DNA of 63,800 nucleotides from Minisyncoccota bacterium (GTDB lineage: Bacteria > Patescibacteriota > Minisyncoccia > Phycocordibacterales > Phycocordibacteraceae): positions 1-63,800 of the forward strand of contig JBDSUM010000020.1 in the NCBI GenBank assembly GCA_039927695.1. Direction: 5' to 3'. The notes under the pieces are model-generated. The model saw only the letters and a program-made list of their open reading frames with translations, was not told the origin of the DNA and did no database searches. Position numbers and translations under genes: made by a program. This document shows, piece after piece, positions 16,166 through 25,950 of this stretch (its first letter is position 1; each line of letters starts with the position of its first letter).

Positions 16166-17837
16166 GTATCGGGGCGTACGGCAGGAGAGCTTTCGTTGAC
16201 GTGAGTTTCCTCAAGGAAGCTCGTAGATCTCTGAATTCCTGGTTCTCCAGGAGCGCAAGCACAAAGCCTGCAACCGTTAAGCCCACGATACCAGCAATAA
16301 TGCCTTCCGTGAATACCGCGGTCAGCCTGGTGAGCGGAGCGAGCACCCCCATGAATGACAGCACGCCATAGCTTGCCGTACCTCCCAAAATCGCCGCACC
16401 GAGCCCTTCAAATAGGGGCCTTGAGAGTGATCGAGCAACACCAGGCGCAACGGTTCGCAGCGTTATGAGCGCAGCAAGACCCATAATCAACTGACCGATA
16501 GTGGCACCAAGCGCAATGAAGAGCACGCTCGAACCGCCAACATCAGTAATACGTAACAACGACTCCATGAAGTACTGGATGACTGGATGTGTGCGAGCGA
16601 GCAGCAAGAATCCGTAACTTACCAATACCGATATACCGCAGTCAGCTAACTGCACGAAGAGTGGATTCCATGACTTCCCTGCCGCATAGAATGCGCGGGC
16701 ACATAGGAGGATAAGACTCTGCGCCAAGAGACCAATCACAAGAACAGCAAGTATTGCTGCGGTAAGACGCGTATCGTTCCAATCGAACCTACCAGAACCA
16801 AGCACGATGCGCACGATGTGTGCACGCAGCACAATGGTGAGCACGGTTATGACCGATGACCAGAAGATGATGTGACGTGCGGCTGTAGTAACCGTTGTCT
16901 TAAACGCATCGAACTTTGCAAGACTTACCTGTTCAGCCATTACCGGGAATGCTGCAGTCGCGTAGGCAGCTCCAATAAGTGAGAGCGGTACTGCTTCAAG
17001 ATTTCCTGCAAGCGTATACACTGCCACACCACCTTCTCCCTGTCTGCTTGCAAGTGCTATGAGCAAGAGCGTCGTGAGTGAACCCATAGCAAGAGCCATT
17101 GAGCGTGGTACTGAGTCACGGAATATCGGCCACAAGAGCTTTGGTGAGGGCCATACAGGGCGCGGCATAAGTCCCACCCGCATCACCACCGGGATATGCA
17201 GTGCAAGGTGCAGTAATGCCCCTCCCACCACTCCTATACCAATACCAACGAGTCCATACCGTGGATACAAGAACACCGTACCCAAGATAATTCCAAGGTT
17301 GTAGAGAACCGGTGACAATGCGAACAAGAAGAACCTTCGCTCAAACTGCGTTACGCTCGAGAGAATACTCGAGAGTCCAAGCAATATTGGTTGAAGCAAT
17401 AGAATACGTGCGAGCAGAATAAACTGGTCGGCGTATTGCGGTGCTACAAATGCTGGGAATAATCGGAATAAGAAGAACGGCGCAAAGATCGCAACAATCA
17501 AACAGAACAGACCACCGAAGATAAACAGGAACGATGCAGTCTGTGAGATAAGTCTCTGCGCAGCCTCACGGTCTTCACCCTTTAGTAACTTTGAGAGTCG
17601 TGGAATCAACACATACGCTGACACTAGTGACACTACGAGCGCGAACACTAAGTCAGGAATCTTGAACGCTGCGTAGTAGAGGTCAAGCACAACGCCCGCG
17701 CCAAAGGCGTGGGCGAATATGCGGTCACGAAGCAGTGCAAGAATTTGCGAAGCAAGCGTAAGACCTGCAAGCAGGTACGCGGCCTGATGCAGGCCGCGTA
17801 CTGGTGCGCTTATTCTTGCTAGGATTGTTCGCACCAT
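16146..17837 (-). CDS. murJ: Lipid II flippase MurJ (MviN family)
   Basis: 563 aa, about 14 TM helices. N-terminal LLALLRDRIFAHAFGAG..LDLYYAAFKIPD is typical of MurJ. It overlaps the lepA start by 20 nt. Confidence 0.85.
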   Translation of the reverse strand: MVRTILARISAPVRGLHQAAYLLAGLTLASQILALLRDRIFAHAFGAGVVLDLYYAAFKIPDLVFALVVSLVSAYVLIPRLSKLLKGEDREAAQRLISQTASFLFIFGGLFCLIVAIFAPFFLFRLFPAFVAPQYADQFILLARILLLQPILLGLSSILSSVTQFERRFFLFALSPVLYNLGIILGTVFLYPRYGLVGIGIGVVGGALLHLALHIPVVMRVGLMPRPVWPSPKLLWPIFRDSVPRSMALAMGSLTTLLLIALASRQGEGGVAVYTLAGNLEAVPLSLIGAAYATAAFPVMAEQVSLAKFDAFKTTVTTAARHIIFWSSVITVLTIVLRAHIVRIVLGSGRFDWNDTRLTAAILAVLVIGLLAQSLILLCARAFYAAGKSWNPLFVQLADCGISVLVSYGFLLLARTHPVIQYFMESLLRITDVGGSSVLFIALGATIGQLIMGLAALITLRTVAPGVARSLSRPLFEGLGAAILGGTASYGVLSFMGVLAPLTRLTAVFTEGIIAGIVGLTVAGFVLALLENQEFRDLRASLRKLTSTKALLPYAPIHDHSDS

Positions 17838-17848
17838 ATGCTTGTGCT

Positions 17849-20293
17849 CTAGCGAGCAGGAGTGGTCGTTGTTGTCTTAACGCCTGTCACCGTTGTGTCC
17901 TTAACTCCTGTCTGAGGAATACCGAGTGATCCCTGGCGAGCTGGTGGGAATGGATTCTTCCCAGCAACGAGTTGTGCAATATCAGGAGCAACTGCTGCAG
18001 CGTTCTCGGCTGATAGAGCGGCAATAGCTCGAAGCTGCGTAAGAGCATCTGCATACTGACCCTTTGTTGCATACGCGACTGCAAGGAAGAAGCGAGCATT
18101 TGCATACTGCTTGTTCTGGTCAATCGCTGCAGAGAGAGCTTGGATAGCTCCATCAGTGTTCCCAGTACCAAGACGGAGGATACCGACCTGGAAGAGTACG
18201 TTCTGATCGTTCGGTGCGAAGTACATTGCGGCTTCTGCTGCCTGAAGTGCTTCTGCAGCCTTACCCTGTTGAACCTGAAGCTGTGACAAGAGCAAGATAG
18301 CTTGTGTGTAGTCACGCTTGAGGCCAATAGCAGTCGTAAGATTAGTTACTGCCGCTGCCGCATTGCCCTGTGCAATTTCTAGCTGTGCAAGTGCGTACGG
18401 AAGTGTAGGATCTGTTGGACTAAGCGTCATTGCGTGCGCGTACGCAGTCTTTGCATTCTCATACGCTCCAGCAATCTTTAGTGGCACAACAGTCTGGTAT
18501 ACATTTCCGAGAATGACCCAGTTCTGATAATTGTTTGGGGCAATCTGTGTTGCCTGCGTAGCTGCCTGAATACCATTCGAAAGCGCTGCCTGGAACTGTT
18601 GCTGTGCCTGCGCTGGCGAAAGGCTGGCATTGTTTGCAACGAGCTGCATCTGATTAATGCTTGCTGCTGCTGCAAGCTGATATGCCCTGTCGCTTGGAGC
18701 GAAGAGTACCGAGCGCTGAAGCGCAGCTTCAGCGCCACTTATATCACCCTTTGAAAGCGCTTGTGATGCCTGCGCGTATGCAACGCTACCAAGATAACGT
18801 TCAATAACGACATAGGAAGCAACAACGCTTGCAAGCAAGAGAAGCGTGAGACCGAATACGATCATGAATCCAACGCGTGGATTACGAGCGAAGATCACAC
18901 CCCATTCACGACGGCTACCACCATAGCGAAGGCTCGAGACGAAGAGGCCTGCGAGGAAGAATCCTACGAGCAAGACCACCGGGCCTGGAACTGTTGCGAT
19001 GGCAAGAATAAATACGTAGAGCGCACCGACGAAGGTTGCAATCGAAACGAATCGTGCAAATGGTTCCTCAGGTGCGCGGAACAACAGCGCACGAATACCT
19101 ATGAACAAGAAGAGTCCGAGGAATGCGAGCCACGCAAGCACGCCTACGATACCCGTCGTTATGAACGATGTTGGAATGAGACCAATACCCGCATTGAAGT
19201 TCACATTCCAGAAGATCGTGTCATTAAGAGTACGGTCACGGAATTTAAGCCACTGAGAACCAAAAGTACCAGGACCTGAACCGAAGAGTGGTGATGAAGC
19301 GTACGTATGACTTCCGACATCAAACGTCGACTGCCACGATGGACGAACATCTAGATAATTAGCACCAAAACTATTCACAAGCGCAGCGCCAATAGTGCTG
19401 CCTCCAATGAGGAAGAACAACGAGACAATGAGTACGCCAAGTGGAGCAGCGAGACCCTTTACATCACTTTCCTGTCCTACTTCTGATTCAAGAGCGACAA
19501 TTGAGACGCCTTCGAAGTCCTCGTCAGAGCCATTGCTTCCGCGACGCATGATTGCTTCGATGAAGAGGCCGAGTGCCGTAAGGGCGACGAGCGTCCAAAT
19601 AAGTGGTGAGTTAACGAGCGCAAGCACAATGAGTCCGAGCGTGCCAAGTGTCCATGTGAACTTTCGTGTACGCGATGAAAGCGTGAGAAAGCGCATTGCG
19701 AGCAATGACAGCGTGATGTACAGACCCATAAGCATACCGAGGTCAGCAAAAGAGCCGACAACGTTTGCAGTAGCCTGGAACTTTGTAGGTGCTACACGAC
19801 TAAGGATGAAGAAGATAATCTGCGCAGCGGTAACGAGACCAAGCGCAATACTACCGACCTTAAAGAAGATGCGGTATTGATTACTTCTTCGGAACGTTAG
19901 TGCTACCAGCGTTGCAAAGGCTGCAAGTATGAGCATGAATCCGAAGGTGTCGGTTTCAAGTTCAGTACCCACAAGCCCAGCGCGAATACCCGCTCCTGAA
20001 AAGAGCGTGGATAATGCGTATGCAAGTGGCACAAGCCAGAATGCTCCAAGGAGCGCGATTGGCGGTACGATAATGTTCCCTCGTGTGAGGCGAGCAAGAA
20101 TGAAGAGCGCAAGGGAGATAAGTCCACCGATTGCGATCAACGTTACCTTGCTATAGATGAACGGTATCGTTGCCGAAGGGATAAATACCAAAACAGACGC
20201 TGCCGCAGTAAGCGAAAGCATCCATATGGCGAGTGTATCGAACGTTACGCGTCGCGGGTGAGACGCAGTCGATACAGGATGTGTATCATTCAT
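17849..20293 (-). CDS. O-antigen ligase (Wzy_C-like) membrane protein fused to C-terminal TPR repeats
   Basis: 814 aa. About 12 TM helices with a large loop, then roughly 300 aa of Ala/Gln-rich TPR-like repeats (e.g. AYAHAMTLSPTDP, AIGLKRDYTQA). Confidence 0.7.
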   Translation of the reverse strand: MNDTHPVSTASHPRRVTFDTLAIWMLSLTAAASVLVFIPSATIPFIYSKVTLIAIGGLISLALFILARLTRGNIIVPPIALLGAFWLVPLAYALSTLFSGAGIRAGLVGTELETDTFGFMLILAAFATLVALTFRRSNQYRIFFKVGSIALGLVTAAQIIFFILSRVAPTKFQATANVVGSFADLGMLMGLYITLSLLAMRFLTLSSRTRKFTWTLGTLGLIVLALVNSPLIWTLVALTALGLFIEAIMRRGSNGSDEDFEGVSIVALESEVGQESDVKGLAAPLGVLIVSLFFLIGGSTIGAALVNSFGANYLDVRPSWQSTFDVGSHTYASSPLFGSGPGTFGSQWLKFRDRTLNDTIFWNVNFNAGIGLIPTSFITTGIVGVLAWLAFLGLFLFIGIRALLFRAPEEPFARFVSIATFVGALYVFILAIATVPGPVVLLVGFFLAGLFVSSLRYGGSRREWGVIFARNPRVGFMIVFGLTLLLLASVVASYVVIERYLGSVAYAQASQALSKGDISGAEAALQRSVLFAPSDRAYQLAAAASINQMQLVANNASLSPAQAQQQFQAALSNGIQAATQATQIAPNNYQNWVILGNVYQTVVPLKIAGAYENAKTAYAHAMTLSPTDPTLPYALAQLEIAQGNAAAAVTNLTTAIGLKRDYTQAILLLSQLQVQQGKAAEALQAAEAAMYFAPNDQNVLFQVGILRLGTGNTDGAIQALSAAIDQNKQYANARFFLAVAYATKGQYADALTQLRAIAALSAENAAAVAPDIAQLVAGKNPFPPARQGSLGIPQTGVKDTTVTGVKTTTTTPAR

Positions 20294-20421
20294 ATTGTTT
20301 TTTACTCCGTAATTACGGGATTAACCCCAGAACTGTTAATAACCTTATTAGTATAACCCGCACAATTATAAGGAAGTGTCTGGTTTAAGTAACCTGGGGA
20401 GAGAATTATGAAATGAAATGT

Positions 20422-20449
20422 GCAAAACCCGCCTTGCGGCGGGTTTTGC
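20422..20449 (-). terminator. Terminator of rnpB
   Basis: GCAAAACCCGCC-TTGC-GGCGGGTTTTGC, immediately 3' of the RNase P RNA. Confidence 0.75.
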
Positions 20450-20456
20450 GTGGTTT

Positions 20457-20800
20457 GGATCGACACGATAAGCCGAGTTCTGTCAGGTGCAACCTTGCGG
20501 CGCACCCGGACGATCATCTATCTAGGCCTGCCATTACTGACAAGCTCGAGCGGCGCTCCGCATGCTTCGAAAAGCTTCGGTACGGCCTTGCACAGGGGTA
20601 AGGATTTGGCCGTTTCAGTCTGGTGTCGCCACCAGCCCACTCTACGAGAGAGTATGTATCCTTTCGGAATCCATCGTTTCTGTTCGCACCTCGCGCATTA
20701 CTGCGGACGGGCGTTACCCGCTACCTTCCTGCACCTTGCGGTGCCTGTGCTCGGACTTTCCTCTCGACCTTACGGCCGAGCGATCGTCTGTATCGGTCCG
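20457..20800 (-). ncRNA. rnpB: RNase P RNA, bacterial type A
   Basis: The reverse complement contains GAGAGGAAAGTCCGAGC (P4 5' strand), GGGTAACGCCC, GCGAACAGAAAC, CCTAGATAGATGATCG and ACAGAACTCGGCTTATCG (P4 3' strand). P1 pairs GGACCGATAC with GTGTCGATCC. Ends are +/- 5 nt. Confidence 0.9.
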
Positions 20801-20805
20801 AGTAT

Positions 20806-20814
20806 ATTATACCA
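20806..20814 (-). promoter_or_regulatory. Extended -10 promoter (TGGTATAAT) of rnpB
   Basis: The reverse complement of 20806-20814 is TGGTATAAT. It lies about 7 nt upstream of the predicted RNase P RNA 5' end and 4 nt downstream of the nrdJ stop. Confidence 0.65.
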
Positions 20815-20817
20815 CTT

Positions 20818-23211
20818 CTATAGGATTTCGCACGTACCGCTGACACACGCCAACTCCTTCTTCAATTCAGTCTCATCAACGCGCTCGTAGAGCATAAGCT
20901 TTGCGTAATCGACGACCGGGAAGTTCTTGATACGGTTCTCGTACTGCTCCTTGGTGATTGTCTCGTATGGAGCAAGACGGTAGACGTGGTTATCACGGGG
21001 AAGGAATGAAAGTCCTCCAACCATATCCCAGTGTTCATATACCCAGTTAGCAACCTGGATCCATTCGTCGTCACCGACTGAGATAGTCACTGATGGGTTG
21101 TGCTCCGTGAAGTTCTTCTTTACAAGCATCCAGTGCTCAAGCTGGTCGAGCGCTGAAATATCGTCCTTGGAGATTGCACCCTCTGGAGCCTTAACTGGGA
21201 ACTCAAGTACGTACGTGTTTGCAGTCTCTGCATCCTGTCCTACTTCTGGGAAGTACGGTACGCCAGCATCACGCATGAACTTGAATAGTGAGTCGGTAGC
21301 GGAAACACGAATACGGCGGATGTAGTACGGCGCATGGCGAGCATGCATACCACTCGCAACGTCGAAGGTCTGCGAAACTGTTCCTGAAGGCTTCACACAC
21401 GTGATAGCGCTTGAGGTATTCACGCCGAACTTCTCTGCGTACTTCTTGTTCGTCTTGATAGTCTCTGCACGCATTGCCTGCAAGATGTCTGCATTACGCA
21501 CTGCTTTGCTGTCCCACTGTCCGGTGATAGATACACCGAGGAGGCGCTCGTCTTCACAGTTCTTGGTCCAATCTTTTGAAAGGTAGCCGAGCTTGGTAAG
21601 TGTTGACTGGTAGGTACCGATGATTGTAGCGAGGCGTGCCTTGCGGATGAGAGACTCCTTCGTATCGTCAGCGCGTGCAATAACCTCAGTGAGGTTACAG
21701 AACTGCTTTGACTTAAGAATGATCTCGCCACATGGGTTGGTTCCAGGAAGTCCTACGATCTTTCCGTTCTTTATATAACCAGTCTCTTCCCAGAGCTTTA
21801 GACGGCGTTCTGGAAGCTGACCCATAAGACCACCGCGGTTAAAGATTCCGCGCTCACCTGAACGACTCTTCACAAGTGCTACCCATTCATCCATGAACTC
21901 TTCGTTCGTAGGCTTCTCAAGGTATACCGCTGAGTTGTTAGCGATTGCACGGTGTGGATCGCTCATCCAGAACTGACCTTTCTTTGCATCACGAACCTGC
22001 TCATCATCGAGGTCGGAAAGGGAAATCATAGCGCTGCGACGTACGCCACCAGCAACCACGCACTCACCTATCTTGCAGATAATATCGTGTGCATCGATGT
22101 TGCGGAGACGACGTCCCTGGCGAGAAAGAATGCGATCGCGAGAGAACGCGAGGAGTGAACGAAGTGGTTCAGGACCTGATGCCTTGCCGCCCATAACCTT
22201 CAAGCGAGCGCCTGCAGGACGAACCTGTGAGAAATCAAAGTGGACTTCCTTTCCTTCAAACCAAGATGTGAGGCCAAGCGTAAGTGCATCGCACCAACCT
22301 TCCTTTGAGTCTTCAACAACGTGTAGAGGAAGTGTTTCCCCTGACTGAAGTTCAATCTGTGGAAGCGCTTGAATGTTTGCACTCTCAACTGAGTAACCAA
22401 CACCTGTACCACACATAGAGATGTACATGATCTCCGCAAAGTCGCGAAGCTTGCTTGGCGCGATGTACGAACAGTTGTACGCAGCGACGTTACAACGACG
22501 AACTGCGTCTCCAGCGAACTGCATGAGACGCATTGATGGCATAACCTGCTGACTAAGAATTGCTTCACGTAGTTCTGCATATTCTTTTTCTGAAAGCTTG
22601 TTACCGATATTCTCACGCATAAAGCTCAAGTAGCGATCTACGGTTTCGATCCATGTTTCGCGGCGACCAGCTTCTGGATTCCACTTCGCATAGCTACGAA
22701 GGTACACGAATTCACCGAGCGCGTTGTTCTTAAAATATTTCTTACTCTCATCGGCGAGTGCACGTACTTCAGCAGGGATTTCTACGTTCTCTGAACGAAG
22801 CTGATTGCGCTTATCGCGATACAGGATGTACGCCTTTGCTGCTGCGGTGAAATCGTTAAGCATGAGCTGCTTCTCGATAGCATCCTGGATGCCTTCAACG
22901 GTTGGGAGAAAATTCTTGTACTTCTTTGCAAAGCGAGCGAGCTCGCCTGCTACCTGATGCGCTACCAAAACAGCATCATCTTCACCACCTTCGTTCGCAG
23001 CGACCATCGCCTTGTGCGTGACGCTTACGATCTTCTCAAAAGAGAATGGCACTACACGTCCGTCGCGTTTCTCAATCTGTGAAATGAGTTCGCGGTACCG
23101 CTTTGTTTCCCTGCTTTCAGGAGCTTGCACTTCCTGTTTCGGCGCGACAGTTGCTTTGCTAATTTTCTTATTACGAGCAGGGGACTTAGTGGTCTTTGTG
23201 GATGCGGGCAT
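20818..23211 (-). CDS. nrdJ: Class II (adenosylcobalamin-dependent) ribonucleotide reductase with an N-terminal ATP-cone
   Basis: 797 aa. ATP-cone KRDGRVVPFSFEKIV. Active-site GTNPCGEIIL..FCNL. C-terminal Cys pair CVSGTCEIL. Confidence 0.85.
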   Translation of the reverse strand: MPASTKTTKSPARNKKISKATVAPKQEVQAPESRETKRYRELISQIEKRDGRVVPFSFEKIVSVTHKAMVAANEGGEDDAVLVAHQVAGELARFAKKYKNFLPTVEGIQDAIEKQLMLNDFTAAAKAYILYRDKRNQLRSENVEIPAEVRALADESKKYFKNNALGEFVYLRSYAKWNPEAGRRETWIETVDRYLSFMRENIGNKLSEKEYAELREAILSQQVMPSMRLMQFAGDAVRRCNVAAYNCSYIAPSKLRDFAEIMYISMCGTGVGYSVESANIQALPQIELQSGETLPLHVVEDSKEGWCDALTLGLTSWFEGKEVHFDFSQVRPAGARLKVMGGKASGPEPLRSLLAFSRDRILSRQGRRLRNIDAHDIICKIGECVVAGGVRRSAMISLSDLDDEQVRDAKKGQFWMSDPHRAIANNSAVYLEKPTNEEFMDEWVALVKSRSGERGIFNRGGLMGQLPERRLKLWEETGYIKNGKIVGLPGTNPCGEIILKSKQFCNLTEVIARADDTKESLIRKARLATIIGTYQSTLTKLGYLSKDWTKNCEDERLLGVSITGQWDSKAVRNADILQAMRAETIKTNKKYAEKFGVNTSSAITCVKPSGTVSQTFDVASGMHARHAPYYIRRIRVSATDSLFKFMRDAGVPYFPEVGQDAETANTYVLEFPVKAPEGAISKDDISALDQLEHWMLVKKNFTEHNPSVTISVGDDEWIQVANWVYEHWDMVGGLSFLPRDNHVYRLAPYETITKEQYENRIKNFPVVDYAKLMLYERVDETELKKELACVSGTCEIL

Positions 23212-23300
23212 AGTAGGTGAAGGTGATGATAATAGGCGCCGAGGAGCTGAGTACTGAATCGTATCGACGTAAGATCTATTGTATCTCTCTTCATCTAATT

Positions 23301-23321
23301 CACACTGTGCATAGCGTGCAC
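23301..23321. promoter_or_regulatory. Candidate operator palindromes in the nrdJ promoter region
   Basis: CACACTGTG (23301-23309) overlaps GTGCA-TAGCG-TGCAC (23307-23321). They lie just upstream of a TACAAT -10-like box on the minus strand. Confidence 0.3.
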
Positions 23322-23350
23322 TCTAGAATTTATTTTCCGCTTGGCAAGGG

Positions 23351-23839
23351 CTACGAGTCCAGTGGTGGAAGACGTAGTTGTGTACCAACACTCCACCCGC
23401 GACGTGCCGCTTCCCCCGCTCGCGTTTCAAGGACAAGGTGAACTGGCTGTGGTGGAAGAAATGCCTTGGGATATGTGGCAGGAGAAACTGAGGCATCAAT
23501 AGATAGAATTGTCCCATTGTCCGAGAGCCAAATTATATCGATTGAAGTAATCATATCCTTCATCCAGAACCCGTATTGTTTATCTACAGGAAACACAAAG
23601 AGCATGCCGTAGTTCTCTGGTATATCTGCCCTGCCACCGAGACCCTTTTCCTGGGCTGCTGCTGTCGTAACGATTTCATACTGCATGGGCGCAATATTTG
23701 AAACCGTGGCGGTTGTCGTTGAAGCTATATCTGGCGTAAAGGACACTGCTGCTGAGTGCGGAAAGAAGAAAAAGACAAGTGCAAAGATTAAAATAAGGGC
23801 GAGAAGTCCGTATAGGACATGATGTCTTTTAAGATTCAT
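23351..23839 (-). CDS. DUF192 domain protein (N-terminal TM anchor)
   Basis: 162 aa. MLFVFP..FWMKDMITSIDIIWL..LE blocks are typical of DUF192. Confidence 0.75.
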   Translation of the reverse strand: MNLKRHHVLYGLLALILIFALVFFFFPHSAAVSFTPDIASTTTATVSNIAPMQYEIVTTAAAQEKGLGGRADIPENYGMLFVFPVDKQYGFWMKDMITSIDIIWLSDNGTILSIDASVSPATYPKAFLPPQPVHLVLETRAGEAARRGWSVGTQLRLPPLDS

Positions 23840-23883
23840 ATACGTACATTCTACCAGGTACGGGGTAATCAGTTGAGGTATAC

Positions 23884-24216
23884 TTGGTGCATATGAAGAA
23901 CAATTTTAAGGCTAACTTTGCAAGCACTGTTTCTGCTGTTGTTGCTGGCATCCCTGCAGGCAAAGTTGCCACCTATGGTCAGGTGGCAACACTCGCTGGT
24001 AACCCAAATGCATCACGTGCCGTCGGTATGATTATGAGCAAGAATACCGACACCAAAGCAGTCCCGTGCCACCGTGTCGTTGGTTCAACTGGTGCGCTCA
24101 CTGGCTACGCATATGGCAACGGTATTAGCACCAAAAAAGAACGCCTTCAAAAAGAAGGTGTCGTATTTAAAGGTGAGAAAGTTAACCTTGTGGAGTCGAA
24201 GTGGGTGCCTAGATAA
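23884..24216 (+). CDS. MGMT-family protein (methylated-DNA-protein-cysteine methyltransferase DNA-binding/active-site domain only)
   Basis: 110 aa. GKVATYGQVA and the active-site-like VPCHRVVGSTG. The start may be TTG 23884 (GAGG 7 nt upstream) or ATG 23893. Confidence 0.8.
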   Translation: MVHMKNNFKANFASTVSAVVAGIPAGKVATYGQVATLAGNPNASRAVGMIMSKNTDTKAVPCHRVVGSTGALTGYAYGNGISTKKERLQKEGVVFKGEKVNLVESKWVPR

Positions 24217-24234
24217 AACTTTATCTAGGCACCA

Positions 24235-24843
24235 TTACGAAGTAAATTTAGATCCAAGAAGCTGCTCTAACCAAAAAGAAAGAGATTTTTCTGGTGTAAC
24301 GAGATATGAATCTCCACCGAGTTCTTTGAAAATCTCGCAAGATTGAGTGGAGTTATCTATCAATATACTTTCATCAATATTAGAACCTCCATCCAGTATG
24401 GTCTTGCGAAATGACTCTCCTTTGTTGTCATTCTTAAAGGCCTTTACCATCCAGGAATTTACTATTTTATCAAAGTGGTTATTGAGACCTAACGCTGGCA
24501 CTGTAAATCTATCAAAGGAATCCATATTGTCCGTAACCAAAACAATCCTATACAAACTCTTTAATTCTCTCAGTTGCTCAAGAGTTCCGCTCTCGATGGT
24601 CATAGTTTTACAATCGTTGACAAAGATCTCCCACAGATCTTCAAAATCTATTCCGATTTCTTCTGACAACTTTCTATTTATCTCTTCAGAGGTAAAACTG
24701 CCTTTCATCCATTGACTAACTATTTCTCTATTGGAAATGAAGAGGTGATTTTGCACCTTATCTTGCAACTCTGGTTCAAGACTGCGCCAGAACCTGTCGT
24801 GACAAAGTGTTCCGTCAAAGTCTATGAAGAGGGTTGGTTTCAT
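24235..24843 (-). CDS. HAD-superfamily hydrolase
   Basis: 202 aa. Motif I FIDFDGTLCHD. VLVTDN and a later D-rich motif. Confidence 0.7.
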   Translation of the reverse strand: MKPTLFIDFDGTLCHDRFWRSLEPELQDKVQNHLFISNREIVSQWMKGSFTSEEINRKLSEEIGIDFEDLWEIFVNDCKTMTIESGTLEQLRELKSLYRIVLVTDNMDSFDRFTVPALGLNNHFDKIVNSWMVKAFKNDNKGESFRKTILDGGSNIDESILIDNSTQSCEIFKELGGDSYLVTPEKSLSFWLEQLLGSKFTS

Positions 24844-24866
24844 AATTTACTTTGCATTGCCTAAAT

Positions 24867-24954
24867 TGGCGGAGGCGGAGAGATTCGAACTCTCGATACC
24901 TTTCGATATGCCACCTTTCCAAGGTGGTGGAATAAACCGCTATCCGACGCCTCC
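24867..24954 (-). tRNA. tRNA-Ser: tRNA-Ser (anticodon GGA) with encoded CCA
   Basis: Acceptor GGAGGCG/CGCCTCC. Anticodon arm CCACC-TTGGAAA-GGTGG. Long variable arm. T arm GAGAG-TTCGAAT-CTCTC. Confidence 0.9.
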
Positions 24955-24974
24955 GTTACTGATTGTTATAGCAT

Positions 24975-25019
24975 AAAAGGGAAGCGGGAGCTCAGTTTCT
25001 GAGCTCCCGCTTCCCTTTT
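24975..25019 (-). terminator. Terminator of htpX
   Basis: AAAAGGGAAGCGGGAGCTCAG-TTTC-TGAGCTCCCGCTTCCCTTTT, a perfect stem of about 20 bp. Confidence 0.8.
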
Positions 25020-25021
25020 AT

Positions 25022-25933
25022 TTACTTTTCTAAATCCTGCTGACGTCCTAGCAAAATCCTTACGCGTTCAGCAGTTGGTGGGTGCGTCGAGAACATACGG
25101 TTGATCCAGTCGCCAGCTTTAGGTCCATACGGGTCTCCGATAAAGAGGTGTGACGTTGCGTGACTTACCTTTAGCATCGGTCGCGTATACCCTCCTATCT
25201 TTTGCAATGCGCTCGCGAGTCCTTCTGGATAGCGAGTTAAAAGTGCCCCCGAAGCATCTGCGAGGTATTCCCGTCTGCGAGAAATGGCGAGCTGAATAAG
25301 CTGGGCTGCTATAGGAGCTAATACGAGTGCAACGATACCAAGCACGAGCAATAGCCCGCCACCCTTGCTATTGTCGTCTCTGCTTCCGCCGCCCCAGAAC
25401 GAAACACGCAAAAAGATATCAGCGATAATAGCGATGAATCCTGCAAGTACTACTGCAACGGTCATAAGGAGCATATCGCGATTACGAATGTGGGAAAGCT
25501 CGTGCGCAATCACGCCTTCAAGCTCTGGGCGCGTCATCATGGACAGAAGACCGGTCGTTGCAGCTACAACAGCGTGTTCTTCATTGCGACCCGTTGCGAA
25601 AGCATTAGGTGCTGGGTCGTCTATCACATACAACTTCGGCATCTTAATACCAGCAGTAATAGCGAGGTTTTCTGTAACGGTATAGAAATCAAAGAATTCC
25701 TCACGTGAAGCAGGGCGTGCGTTGGTCATCGAGAGCACTTGGCGATCGCTAAACCAATAGCTATACACGTTCATGAATACTGCGAATACAACCGCTACAT
25801 ATAAGATTGCGGGGCTCTGGTAGTAATACGCAACGAAATAACCGATTCCAGCGACAATAGCGAGGAACACAGTCATGAGAAGCGCCGTGCGCCAGACATT
25901 GCGAGAACGTTCTTGGTAGAGGGTAAGTGCCAT
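25022..25933 (-). CDS. htpX: M48-family zinc metalloprotease HtpX
   Basis: 303 aa from the ATG at 25933. HELSHIRNRD (HExxH), 4 TM helices, C-terminal FSTHPPTAERV. The track start at 25957 is a GTG inside the upstream terminator hairpin. Confidence 0.88.
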   Translation of the reverse strand: MALTLYQERSRNVWRTALLMTVFLAIVAGIGYFVAYYYQSPAILYVAVVFAVFMNVYSYWFSDRQVLSMTNARPASREEFFDFYTVTENLAITAGIKMPKLYVIDDPAPNAFATGRNEEHAVVAATTGLLSMMTRPELEGVIAHELSHIRNRDMLLMTVAVVLAGFIAIIADIFLRVSFWGGGSRDDNSKGGGLLLVLGIVALVLAPIAAQLIQLAISRRREYLADASGALLTRYPEGLASALQKIGGYTRPMLKVSHATSHLFIGDPYGPKAGDWINRMFSTHPPTAERVRILLGRQQDLEK

Positions 25934-25950
25934 ATACAAAGAGTATAGCA

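Noticed and set aside
20413-20890. Four plus-strand track ORFs (62, 156, 93 and 66 aa) that fill the gap between the O-antigen-ligase gene and nrdJ.
   Set aside because: The region is RNase P RNA on the minus strand, with conserved P4 strands and type-A landmarks. The ORFs are open only because of the GC-rich structured RNA, and they translate to Arg/Pro/Ser-rich sequence with no protein features.
23212-23350. A cobalamin riboswitch upstream of the B12-dependent nrdJ.
   Set aside because: The spacer is only 139 nt. I could not find the conserved B12-box or the multi-helix architecture.
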